A stretch of 60,533 bases of DNA, counting the filler, from Sphacelaria rigidula (lineage: Eukaryota): assembly GCA_964200075.2 (NCBI GenBank). It is 8 parts of 8 records of this genome, joined end to end, with 100 filler letters (N's around TTAATTAATTAA, not from the genome) between each part and the next. Parts side by side here need not be neighbours in the genome. Positions count along the whole stretch, not along the records: positions 7,581 to 15,059 come from CAXNAA020014728.1; positions 15,160 to 22,638 come from CAXNAA020014729.1; positions 22,739 to 30,217 come from CAXNAA020014730.1; 5 more parts are not named here. One strand, 5' to 3'. The translations under genes and the position numbers were made by a program. Of this stretch, positions 12,410 to 24,301 are shown piece after piece (positions within the stretch are counted from its first letter, which is position 1; each line of letters begins with the position of its first letter). Below the pieces are notes generated by a model that made no database searches, was not told the origin of the DNA, and worked only from the letters and a program-made list of their open reading frames with translations.

Positions 12410-14947
12410 TCAAAACCGAGTACCATAATGTTCGCGGATATTTTGGTTGATACTCAAAGCCCGGGGGGGAGAAGCAGAATTCGGGGGGATCTTACCGACT
12501 CCACTCCCTCGCTGTGGAGTAGAATCTGTAGCCAGGGGAAATTCACTGACAATCGCTTGTTGAGTAATGGGAACAATATCCGAGGGAATCTTACTGACAT
12601 CAACTCGCTGTGAAATAGAAGCGAAATCTGTGGGAATCTTACCGACATTAACTCCTTGTTGAGCAGAAGCAACATCTGGGGGAATCTTACTAACACTAGC
12701 TTGTTGTGGGATGGATGTAGCGTCACTCTCAGTGGCGACAACAGGAGTGACTACTAGAAGCTGTTGGTAGGTTGATGGCAGGTGTGTGACGAATTGTGAT
12801 GATGAACGGTCGTTGTAGTCGAAACGTTGTCTGCTGTCGAGTAGATGCACACCTACTTCATCGCAGATGACTTGTTGGCTCTTTTGAGCCCTATGGATAG
12901 AAAATAGGTTGAACTGAATTCCCTCCAAAACATACACATCCATCCGCAGTACACACACTGCATCATCATGGGGGGAGTTGTTCGCACGTGCTTGATGAAA
13001 TTTCAACTTGAGACTCCCTACAGCCTACTTGACCGGTAGCACTTTACCATCCCCTAGAACAACATTCTCTTTCCCCGCTGGTGGAGGATGAGTAACACTA
13101 TATTCGTGAGATTCAGAGGGCAGTTTCAGATTCAGAGTGGATGCTCTAGCGTTCCCTAAATGATTTGTTTTTGATTTGCTTGAGCACACGTGCCGTGCAT
13201 GCAGCTACCGTGCAGTACCCCATTCGAGGAATTCGGCGGTCTGGTTGGTGAGATACCGCACAAAGCATTTTTACGTATGGGGGCATTTCGGAACTGAAAC
13301 TGTTTGAGGCACCAATCAGTTTTTCCTGAAAGAGGGGATCTTTTGTTGCAATAGAATGACTACGTCGTTGCGATCAAGTGATGTGTCAAATTGATCGTGT
13401 AGGTGGCAGCTTTCATTGAAGCCACCGCTTCACCAGCTGGGCGCGTTACTCCTCGAACTGTGGCGATGTCAAAATCGACGTGAAAGTCGATTGTTTCGGG
13501 TCTCACTCTGAATCTGAAACTACCCTCTGAATCTCACGAATATAGTAATGAGTATCGAAAACGTCGGTCATGTTGCCTGTAATGTGGTGCTATGTACCTG
13601 AGTCTGCTATCCATATTTCTGACTCCAACTGATGCAACATCCTACCCTTCACATCGAAATTACTCAAACTGAAAACTGTTTTTTCTGGTGCGGCGGAAAG
13701 CGCCATGTACACGATACAACCAGAGTTATCAGCACGCGGCAGCTCGACAGTTGACGTCTGGTGGGGGTCTACCGGATGGAAATATTGGTCGGAAACCTCG
13801 TGGTCGAGTGACGAATATGATGGTGGTTGTGCAGCGGAGGAAGGATCATGGTGGGATTGGTCTGGCGGTGGAGGTTGTGATGGGTAGCAGGGGAGATGTT
13901 CGATGATGGTGGTAGGTTGCGGCTGCAGTTGATGTTGGGATGTGTGGTACTGTACTGTGTGAGCAAAATCGGCATCGTTGAAAGCATCGTCCTCGTAGAC
14001 AAAGTTATCAATGCTCTCATGGTGCTGGTAGGCGGGATCAGTCTGCTGAACGGTGTTGGCTTGTGGTTGATGGTTGTGAATTTGGTGTTGTGGATGCGGG
14101 TAGTGCGATTGTGATGATCTATGGTTGGTTGTGTGGTTAGACTGTTGGTGGTGATGTGGTGGGCCCTGATTACCTGAGGTACAGTAGTAATATGGGCCTG
14201 TGTATGCTGGTTGGTGTTGCTGGGTTTGGTGATGCTGGGCCTTGTGATGCTGCGCGTGGCGCTGGCGAGGAGGGCAGTTGAGACAATTGAATAGACAACG
14301 AATTTGGTAGTTTCGTTGATTGGATTGGTTTACCACACCACGGCCAGGTCCCGAACGGTTCCACGGACTGTGTGGTCGCCATGGCTATTGTCTCGGGGAA
14401 TACCACCCCCTCGACCACTATGACCACCGCTGATGTGTTGCTGTGGGCTATGATTGGAATGGGAAGTGGTAGTTGTATTGATTTTGGGAATTATGGGGTC
14501 TTCGGTTCCCCCCGTTCTGCCTTCTACCAGGTGAGCCATGGGCCCTTTCACCATTAGTACTAGAGGCGGAAAGTGCATGGTTCAAGGTTGTTTTCTGCCT
14601 CTCTCTTGACAACTTCGCTTCAGCATACGCATTTCCTAGCTGGCGGATTACCTCTTCTATGCTTATCTCACGTGGTGCTGATAAATCCCTAAGATCGTGC
14701 TCATATTCTGATGAAAGGCATTAAACATAATGCCTGTTCGCCTCGGAGTCCGAGAAAAGTACATCGAATTCTTCGCGCTTCGTGCGAATAAACTCTGCCC
14801 GCGAGAGAAAGTTCATCGGCAATTCACCGTCAGCCATCTGCAACGTTTGCCAATGGTACCCCAACTTGGCTTTTTCCGTGGCTTCTGGAATCCTGCAGTA
14901 CTTGACGATGTAACCCCATGCTTGGCTTGGGTTCGCAAGCATATCGA
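12410..14947 (-). mobile_element. Decayed Ty1/Copia gag-protease region
   Basis: Gag-like WQTLQMADGELPMNFLSRAEFIRTK, a Gln/His/Pro-rich linker, the protease motif EIWIADSGT*HHITGN, then VVLGDGKVLPV..VGSLKL and DVYVLEGIQFNLFSIH. Confidence 0.8.
13095..13547. mobile_element. MITE, 453 bp, ~43-bp TIRs, 7-bp TSD, inserted in the Copia protease
   Basis: TIR ACTATATTCGTGAGATTCAGAGGG(C/T)AGTTTCAGATTCAGAGTG at both ends, with ATGAGTA at 13088-13094 and 13548-13554. Removing it restores the frame VFDTHPPPAGKENVVLGDG. Confidence 0.88.
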
Positions 14948-15059
14948 ACACTGTATTCGTGAGATTCAGAGGGTAGTTTCAGATTCAGAGTGAGACCCGA
15001 AACAATCGACTTTCACGTCGATTTTGACATCGCCACAGTTCGAGGAGTAACGCGCCCAG
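14948..15059. mobile_element. End of a second, inverted copy of the 13095-13547 MITE (cut by contig end)
   Basis: Near-identical to the reverse complement of 13437-13547. Confidence 0.85.
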
Positions 15060-15159
15060 NNNNNNNNNNNNNNNNNNNNNNNNNNNNNNNNNNNNNNNNN
15101 NNNTTAATTAATTAANNNNNNNNNNNNNNNNNNNNNNNNNNNNNNNNNNNNNNNNNNNN
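15060..15159. other. Artificial contig spacer
   Basis: N44-TTAATTAATTAA-N44. Confidence 0.98.
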
Positions 15160-15219
15160 CATTTGTTGCTTGCCTTAGTCGTTTGACCATTGACCACGCA
15201 TCCCTTTCGAGACGGAGCA
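15160..15219 (+). repeat. G-tract-associated repeat family, partial copy
   Basis: TGTTGCTTGCCTTAGTCGTTTGACCATTGACCACGCATCCCTTTCGAGACGGAGCA matches 60475-60531 and the reverse complement of 28500-28560. Confidence 0.85.
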
Positions 15220-16508
15220 GGGGGTGGGGGGTGAGATTATGTATCATCTAGAATATAACTTGTATCTTCTCCCCAAACTTGAGCTTGCTGATTGCTTGTT
15301 GAGAATGAACTAATGACAATGAGATCAAAACCCAGTCACCTGCGAGAGAGAGAGAGAGAGAGTGCGCGGAAGATGAGGATTTGTCGGAGAGAACACGGAA
15401 GAGCTAAGAACCTCTCCCTTTCTTGGGCCACATCCGTGGTCTCAACGGATCTAATGCACATACACCTGCCCCGATGTATCACACTTGCCTTGCAATTTAT
15501 GGTCCAGCATTGGATTATGACTATCAGCACTTCTGCGGCCCGTCGACGTTTATCCAGATTTTCAAGGTCGTGGTCAGTGGGGGTATACACAGAAATCCGG
15601 GCACTTAGAGAGGTATAATTGAGGTACTGCATTGTATCGGTAAATGCCCTTCCTAGACATACACGGAATGTTCGGAACAGGGCTCGACACCCTGCCGCCC
15701 CATAGCGGGATGCTCGATACGCATGCCGGTATGAATTTGTATGCCAGCTGAAAATCCGTCACTTCCGGGTATACCTCATAGTACAAAACACAACGTTGGA
15801 AACTTTTCAGCTCACGTCCTCGCGCTTCACACGACGCAAACCACCGACATAAACCGGTTGTTACTGCCGCGCTTCAAACCCACTACTACTCCTCCGCCCG
15901 AACTAACGGCCGGTCGATCTTGTAGAGCACCAGTTTCATCATCGCGGTGCGGCGACCATGCACACCTCACACACAAATAGGGGCGGTGTACAGTACATAC
16001 CATCTAGCGAGACTGGTGTCCACGATGCCTGAGTTACGCTCCTGTGCCACACAGATGTCGGGCTTGACCCCTGTGGGCTGCGGCGACATAAACTTGCTCC
16101 CCACTAATACCAGCCTGGCTTCGCGCTCATTCCTCAGATCAGATCCCCATATCACCCGCCCCAACACGGAAGACCGGAACATTCGCTGCAGCCACCGTCG
16201 TCAGCGTCACGTGGGTTTGTCGCCATTGCATTGGACACGTACCACAGATCAGAACAGATCAAAACAGATCAACAGTACTGACGTTAGTGTTTTAGTTTTA
16301 GAACAATTGTAGACCACGATCCGCGGCGGCCGCCAAAGGCGCAGTCTGGGTTCATCATCATTGCATTTGCACATGTACGACTAGATCAGAACAGATCGTA
16401 TATACCGGCGCTAGTGTTGAGTTCTAGAGAGTAGTCTATATATATAGTCCATGCTTCTTTCGCATTGCTTTTTCTTGGCGCGCGCGGGAAGTTCTGTCCA
16501 TGTACGAG

Positions 16509-17137
16509 CTAAATATCTGTTTCGATTTTAGCGGAAAGCGCTCTCCGTGCGTGTGTTCGATCGTCACGAAAATGAACTATACAAGCGACGAGAAAAACGC
16601 GCTCCCGTGTGACGTACATCTACCAAGTGCCGAGAAAGCCCCAATATCACAGAATTTGACAAGCCAGAAACGCAGGTATTCATTGGAACCGTTCACCTTT
16701 CCGTGGCCTCCTCGCCCCCGGCCCTCTTCCCCGTTACAGTCGATGAAACCATGTTTCCCCCCCCAGAACACCATCCTTTCACACGCCGGACGATAATGAC
16801 GAGAACCGCCGCTAGTTTCTTCGCCTCCACCCGCAGGTCCTCCGCCGCCATCACTACTTCTGCCGCTCTTCGGTTGCGGCGGTTGCCCGGGAGAGAAGGC
16901 ATACTGAGAGGGATGGGGTGGTGCCCCCCGCGCCCCGGGCTGTGTCTGTGGCCGCGTATGGCTGAAAGGTCCGGCGGGAGCGGCAGCAATTCCGCTCCCG
17001 AATGCTGCTGGCGAGTGCCGCTGTTGTTGGGGGGGGTGACGTGGATTCCGGCGGGGTACATCGGCCGCGAGAAGCTTGTGCGCCTCTCCGAAGACTCTAG
17101 CGGCCTCGAATGCTCGGAACGAAGGCTTCAGGTCCAG
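16509..17137 (-). CDS. Last two exons (17137-16697, 16619-16509) of an unknown gene ending in a possible cold-shock/OB-like domain
   Basis: AG/GT-bounded 441-nt phase-0 exon, a 77-nt intron and a 111-nt terminal exon. A Pro/Gly/Gln-rich linker precedes RMVFWGGKHGFIDC...GK|MYVTRERVFLVACIVHF...RALSAKIETDI*. Confidence 0.5.
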
Positions 17138-17894
17138 CTGACGTGCGTGCATGCATGCATGCGCGGGGTGGGGGGGGGGGGTGGAGGAGAAGAAGGGAGG
17201 ATAAGTAGGAGCTGAGGCAAGCACGCGATATGAGAGTAGGAAAAACGGGGGTAAAAACAGGAGCAAGACTAGAAAAAAGTAAAGGCAGAGCAAGGCTAGC
17301 AACAGCGAAATGGTATCATCACATGAGAGAGGAGGGCGGGGAGAGGGGGGCGGGGGGCGGGGGGCGGAAGGAATAGAGTGGAGATGCCTGGGCGACTGGG
17401 AACGACAAATATATTGATCACGGAGCAAAGTCAATCACCCTCATCGGTTATCACTGCTACGAGATAACGTCAACACAAAGCAGGGGTGGCCTTGAAGTTA
17501 CACCCCGGCCATCGTGCGACAGGTTGAGCATTGCGAGGTCACGTTGCGATTATAAATATGAGAAAATATTTCATTCACAACATCGCGTCTTTCCTTAATG
17601 TCTCAGAAAACCTCCAAAACAAGTCCGGCTGGTGAGTTTCCGTCACAGACCTCTTGAACGCGAAACTAGCATTGCAATGTTACTGTGGTGCCCTGTACGA
17701 TATACCGGCTGAAACTGTGGTATATTACAGAAGCATAAAAGAGGTATTTTTGTTGGAAAAAAAACTTCCGGACCCTGCTCGAGTGTTCGGAACAGGGCGC
17801 GACACCCTGCTGAACCATACGGGAATACTCGGTACACAGTTCGGAATGCTTTTAATATTGATCGATTGGTCGTCAAACTTCACCTGGTGCCCTC

Positions 17895-18500
17895 TAAGGA
17901 TCCAGCCGTGGGTGGTGACATGATGGACGTACCCGAGACAACACGAAACTGCAACACTCGCTCAAGAAGAAAAAATGAGAAAGCAGAAAAGGTACGACAG
18001 AACACCACAGTGGACTAAAACAGCAAAAGACAATGAATAGATAGAAGAGAAAGGCAAACAAATGGCCGGCCTCTGCCACATGGCTTCGGTGGGAAAAGTT
18101 TTGCGCAGAGCCACACTCACGCCCATTCGTAAAAAGAATAGGACGTGAGAAAGGGAAAAGATGCGGCTTCTTTAGAACTAGGCTGACCAAAACTCCCCTA
18201 TTTCCGGGTATATAGCCTACAGGACACAACCTTGCAAGGTTCCAACCCGTGTTTTGTGACCCCAGGAATAAAATAGCGGCTCTGTGCCCCCGAACGAAGC
18301 CCTACGCCTGATTGATCGTGATTGATTGTGATTGATAGTCGCACTTTAACTGACCCCCCCAGGAGTCATGATCCAGAAAAACAAAACTGAGAATACTCGC
18401 TCAAGAAAAAAAAAAAGTCGAACAGAACGACACAGTAGACTAAGACGGAAAAAAGAAGAAAAAAAAAAGGCAACAGAAGCAAAGCACAGAAAAAAATGAT
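17895..18500 (+). repeat. Two copies of a dispersed repeat (ACCCGA...AACACTCGCTSAAGA + A-rich tract)
   Basis: Copies at ~17895-18060 and ~18365-18500, with reverse copies at ~19990-20130 and ~59490-59650. Confidence 0.6.
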
Positions 18501-19149
18501 CTGTCTAAAAAAAAGAAGCCTGTGATGCAAGATTTGCCATACTGGCCGTGGGTTCATAGCTACGGGTATATTTACATGGTACAAACACTGATTTCAAGTG
18601 ATTTAATTTAAATTTTCGACCAGTCCCTTTACGTTTGATGGAACATTTCATAGTACAAAGTTGATTTTAGTATAGGTTCTGTCACACATGGTTTAGCCGG
18701 TCTCCTGGTGCCCGCAGCCGCAGTACAGTACCGTGCGGAGGCAGGATAATATCCAAGACGGCGGCGGTCTCACAAGCGGTGCTCTATCTATTGGTATACG
18801 GGGCAGTGTACCCAACATTTGCTTTGATTGTCGTCGTGCCTACGGTATGGTTGCAGTGGCCGGGGTTGGCGTTGAAGTCTCCATTTGCGCTGAGGTTGCT
18901 GCTGCATCCCGCACAGCCTCGGATACGGGGCATGATTCAAGATGGCTCCATCGTCATCTTTGTGTGTTGTTTGATGTTGCTCGGACGGAACATAACCCGA
19001 CAAAAGGACTCTCCTACACGCATCAATGCTGCTGGCTCCCTATTGTAGGCCGCCGTGCTCTTGTTTTGGATGGCTCGCGTTGATCGATGCCGTACAGACA
19101 TGCATGACGAGCACGGTGCCAACTGGCCGGCGAGCTGTGGCGAATGAAT

Positions 19150-19375
19150 AAAGGGTCAGATGAATTAATGATTCGTCCGGAAATTACTTGATTTCCGTGT
19201 GATTGATTCGTACCGTATGAATCAATCCTAAGGCTTTGTTTTCAGCGTTGCAGCCCAGGAACGCGCAGCCCAGGCACGTGAAATGGCGCAAACGTTGCGT
19301 GAAGACCTGCTTGACCAGCGGTCGATTTTTTCCTCTCTTTCGAGCAATCAGCCATAAGAAATCGTGGATTTGGTG
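19150..19375 (+). repeat. Copy of the repeat found at 9549-9765
   Basis: Alignable by eye over about 200 bp. Confidence 0.75.
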
Positions 19376-21829
19376 ATTCGAAACGGCGATGATTGGTCTG
19401 AACCGTGAAATCTTCGTGCGATACAGATACAGTCGGTATCGCGCCAGAAAGTTGTTGCGGTACAGCGCTGGAGACAACCAAGCACTCTACACGCGGGACA
19501 CGAGATAGCTGACGCAATAACGCGTCTCTCTTGGTATGTACGATCCCGTGTGCTAGGACATCGCTTTCTTTCGAAGGCATACGCTTCGCTTGCTTTGACT
19601 TGGTGCCTTGTCGGTACTTATCCATATATTATCTATGCTGACTGCACATCTTTTGTTCTGGGCTGCAGTAATAGCGAGCCAACGGAGGGAAAAAAAGTCC
19701 AGACCAGGCCCGGACAACAAATAACCGAACAGTGCACTCTTGTTGACCTCTCTGCGGCAGATAGAGGTTGAGCAACGCACGTATCCAGCGAAAATCCTGA
19801 CAAGAACAACGGAAAACAACAATAAAAATCGATGATTCGGGTTTCATTCATTTATAACGACCCATACATATGAACTCGGTGCCACGATACTCCATTTTCT
19901 CATGGTCTCGATCGCTGGTATTGACATGAGCACGAGCTGCTCAGCCTGGAGGACTCAATTAGCCAATCCCATTTTCCTTCTTTGCTTATTTTCTATTCTT
20001 AGTCCACCCCATGTGTTGTATCTTTTCTGTCTCATCCACTTGTCTTCAGCGAGTGTTTTCACCTAGTTTTTATTTCGGGTACATTTATCATGTCCGGATA
20101 CGTTCATCATGTGAACACAACTGGATCTCTGGGGGCTCAGATAAAGTGCGACAAGCCATCAATGCATCATGCAGCTGCAGCAGCGGTAATAACACCCCCT
20201 CTCCTGCACAGCTCTGTAGGAGTACCGCAGGTAACTATGTAATGCAGAACTCTGCTGCCGCGGTATTGCCTGCAGTAGTTTTTGACGCCGTTAGCAGTAT
20301 GGTCCTATTCTATTTCGAGGCGGAGAGATATATAATCCCACAAAAGTTCGCGTCACCAATTTTGATTCCGACTGATCGATTGTCGCACTTTAAATAATCC
20401 CCCAGGGGTCCAGCTGTGGTCTCATGATCAATTACGTTGTCCATAAGCACCAACCCGTCTCGAACCTTTGCATTCAGATTTGCAGAGCATGTCAAGGTGC
20501 AGGTCGTCGGGGCGAATTGCGGGTCGAACAGGAGCTGGGAAACATTTCTCGGAGCGGTCGTTTTGTCTCCACCGGGTTTGGTCATTGTGTTTGTGAACGC
20601 CGAAAAAAAAAGAGAAAACATCCAAGGGCACGTTTTGAAGGTAGTAGTATACCTTCTGAAATTCGGGTATTTGCTCAAAATATAGGAGAGATATCCCCCA
20701 CTTCCGGGTAAACCCTACTATAAATAATACAGAACACGACCTTGAAAAAAATCGATTCCACAGGTGCGCATGGTTGCGGGGAGTGCTTGTGGCGAGCGGG
20801 GGTGTGACCACTTAGGGTATGATAGAAATTTTTCAATGAATGACATTTACGAGGTATCGGAGCGGGGTGACAATAAAAGGGTACTATCGATGAAGGATGA
20901 CTCCTTGCGGTGTACCGTGGGTTACGGGTCAGCGACGGATGAAGGAAGAAGTCCTCTGTTGTACACGGTCGATGCGCCAGGCAACATGTTTCTTTGTTTT
21001 TCCTTCTCTTTTTTCGACACGGGCGGTACATGTGCCCCCGATCGATGTGTCTGAAGAAGTTCGAATGAAAAAAGGGTGTTTCGTTCTTCAAGTTCGCCGT
21101 TTCCGCCTAGTAGATCCAAGGAAAAAAAAAACATTTGAGGCGAAATACGCGAAGGTATTCAATTTTTAGTCTGAAGCCCCATAATGTTTGTTTGATGAGG
21201 GTCAGGCGTGGTGCGGGCGTGCCCATCTAATTCGCGGTACTAAAACGCAAGGAGTGTTTCGACAGGTTGATTCATTGAATGATTGGTTGTCGCACAAGAT
21301 AATTTTTTATACACGCTGGTCCGCCTAAGAAGCTCACTTTCCTTCACCCCGTTCTAACTGACGATGTATCGCGAGTTGTGCCTACTATGACACATCGTGG
21401 TTATCGGCAAACCAGCGCGCGTCTTCAAATCCATGTGACGATGCGATCCGTCGGGGGTCTCATCAAACAAAATACCAAGCTGTAGCCAAGTGCGAAAGTG
21501 TAGAGAGTTGAGGATACCATGTGCGGGCGGAATTAGCCGAAAGAAAACGGCTAAATTTGGACTTTCGGTTACAGTCGGTTGTGCCGCGTGGTGCCGCACA
21601 AGCTGCGATCGTACAACAACACATGTCGCACTAGGCGCTTAGTATTCAAGATGGCACGCAGACAAGGCCCGCAGCGCGCCAAGGCGTCTGGTAGTAGTGT
21701 CCGAACCAATGACCAGTTTGTGGAGACCTCCGAGCCGCGAGTAAAATAAAACATGTCAAAGGCGAACTTCCGGCTGAGGTTCCATCACCACATAGGAACC
21801 AGATCTCGACATAATGTTGCAAATCCTGA

Positions 21830-22600
21830 GCTCAATTTTCAGTCGTTCTAGATGAAATTTTGACATCATGTACAGGACGTATGTGCAAACACCCCTTCGT
21901 TCCTCCCGTAGGTACGTGTGTTTTGTTCTCCGTGAGACATTGGCGACGGAACATTTCAGAACAGTTTTTCGGAACAAAATTGCCAATAACTCACGAAGGA
22001 TGAAAAGAACAAACAGGGGTGAGGGAAAAGGGGTCATCGCACATGCGTCCTGTAAATTGTGTCAGAATTTGATCGAAAACAGCTTGAAAAATTGAACAGT
22101 ACAAATGCATTTCAATTATTCGTAACTGGTCCATCTCCGTACACACTAGAGGAACCAGTTCACGACAGGATGACGCGAATGGTGGGCTCAATTTTGAACT
22201 GTTTTTGATCAGATTATCTCCCCCGGTACACGGAAGTCGTCATCCGTAAAAATTGGAACGGTACAGAGAAGATTAGCATGGCCTCTGGAGTAAGGATGAC
22301 ACGCATAAATCGAGAGTTAACAAGCTGGGCCGCGTAAGATTCGACTAGGAATTTTGAAACGCGAGCCGTTCGCTCAATTTTGGGTTGTTTTCGATTAACT
22401 TTTGACATGATATACAGGACGTATGTGCAAAGACCTAACCTTTCCCCCCATGTTTTTTTTTCTCTCCCTCTGTGAGTTATTGGCGATGGAAAATTTCAGA
22501 ACATTTTTTTCTCGGAACGAAAGTGCCAAAAACTCATCAAGAAGACAAAAAAAAAAACATGAGGGGAAACGTTGGGTCTCCTCCCAAAAATCCTATTCGA
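21830..22600 (+). repeat. Two diverged copies (~21830-22040, ~22370-22600) of a repeat with a long internal hairpin
   Basis: Shared TTTTGACAT.AT.TACAGGACGTATGTGCAAA. In copy 2, AGACCTAACCTTTCCCCCATGTTTT pairs with AAAACATGAGGGGAAACGTTGGGTCT. Confidence 0.7.
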
Positions 22601-22638
22601 AACTTTCACGGCCCAGCTTATTCACCCCCAAATTTTGC

Positions 22639-22738
22639 NNNNNNNNNNNNNNNNNNNNNNNNNNNNNNNNNNNNNNNNNNNNTTAATTAATTAANNNNNN
22701 NNNNNNNNNNNNNNNNNNNNNNNNNNNNNNNNNNNNNN
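22639..22738. other. Artificial contig spacer
   Basis: N44-TTAATTAATTAA-N44. Confidence 0.98.
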
Positions 22739-22829
22739 GACTGGTTCCCCGTTTTAGGCACGGCACCACCCCCCCCCACCCCGAAAGCGACCCCCGCCCC
22801 CCCCCCCCCCCCCCCCCCCTGCACACACC

Positions 22830-23412
22830 GCCCCTGGTCGGGCGAAAACCCGGCGTGCTCCGTCTCGGCTTTGGACGGACAGGCCTCCTATGAGGTTGGC
22901 GTGGGTTGGCAATGACGCTGTAAAACACGCCGCTCACTGCGTAAGCTAGGCCACCAGGTTGCTGATTTTTTGTGTGCGCTTGCGTTTTTTTTGTTGTTGC
23001 AGAAATCATGATGGTAGTCGAGCCGGATCATAATATACGGGGTGGGAAAACCTCAATGCCGCGCAAAAGGAATCATCACACTACGTAGAGTTTGAATGGT
23101 GAGACATCCATGAGGCAGTGTGTACAGTAAGCCGTGACTGTCTCTCGAAGTGGCGATACCAGAAAATGAAGCAACTCATTGGAGGCTGTCATCCATATGC
23201 AGGATAATCAGTAGGCTTCAGGCCGAACAATCGTAGCAGGATGCAGCTCACCCTTCATGCGACTCGCCGAATACATAACGACGCTTGGCGCTTGGTGATT
23301 CGTTGCGAGCCTGGTCCTGCAAGAACCCGGCGTGCTCCGTCCCGGTTTTGTAGGAATGCGAGGTCAGTGGTGATATGACTATGACATGCAAGGTCATGAG
23401 GACATCTCCCCC
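22830..23412 (-). repeat. Two copies (~22830-22886, ~23219-23412) of the G-tract-associated repeat family
   Basis: CCTGGTC...AACCCGGCGTGCTCCGTC is the reverse complement of 37730-37765. Confidence 0.75.
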
Positions 23413-24301
23413 CGCCCCCACCGCGGGCGTCACTCCATCTAAATCTTGGAGCTCCTTGCCGTCGACTGTGTGATCTGGACTGCTCGATTGCGTCAAATTG
23501 TACAGATGGTGGTGGTGACATTACAGTGCTGTGGGATGCGACTTGAAGCAAGCCCGAGCGTACGTACGATGAAGAACGTGCGGCGATAATAGGGGCCCAT
23601 ATGCGCTTATATATGATGCCTCTGCAGACGAAAAAGACCAACCGGTGCCCACATTATCCTAATTCTCGCTTATGCACGAGCTGTAGCGGCGAGCAAAATT
23701 CTTTTCAAGTGCTATAATTCAACATGCAGACAACCCCCCGAACGATGGGTCGATCGATATTGATCATGTCACAAGAGTTTAGGACATAGATTAGGTACAA
23801 GAGCCTCGGTTTGCGAGTAATACGGTAGAATGCTGACAGAATTTACAGTGTTGGATCACCGGTCATTTTCACGATGGTGTCGAACTCTACAATGGGAAGG
23901 GCAATTCAACTCCCTTAGCCTCTGTTCTCCTTCTAGTTTCCCACCCATGTCTCGAGTTTTGTCTGCACATGACCAGAACCGGAGGTACAGCATGAAGTGT
24001 GCACTGGTGTGGCGGTATGGTTCTATATTTTTCTCTTGATGTGTGAAACACACCGCCAGGATACACAAGAATCCAAAGGTTTCGAATATATGTAGTACTA
24101 GAACTAGCTCTATCGCCATCATTTATCGCGGCACTCTCATACCCTGTTGCAGCACTGCTGCAGCACTGCACATTTGATGAGGATCTTGAACGACTGCGCA
24201 ACAAATAATGCACGAGCAGTGTCAGACGTCTGCTTTGCTGTTGTTTTTGATGGCTGCGCATTAATATCGCGTGTATCTACTCTCCGTTGGAACACTGACA
24301 G

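Noticed and set aside
11734..12613. Overlapping long ORFs
   Set aside because: Low-complexity GGT/ACC-rich sequence within the Copia remnant, with no domain.
24060..24078. 19-nt first exon of VPS45 (DTQESK)
   Set aside because: Phase-compatible but without recognisable homology or an upstream start, so it was left unannotated.
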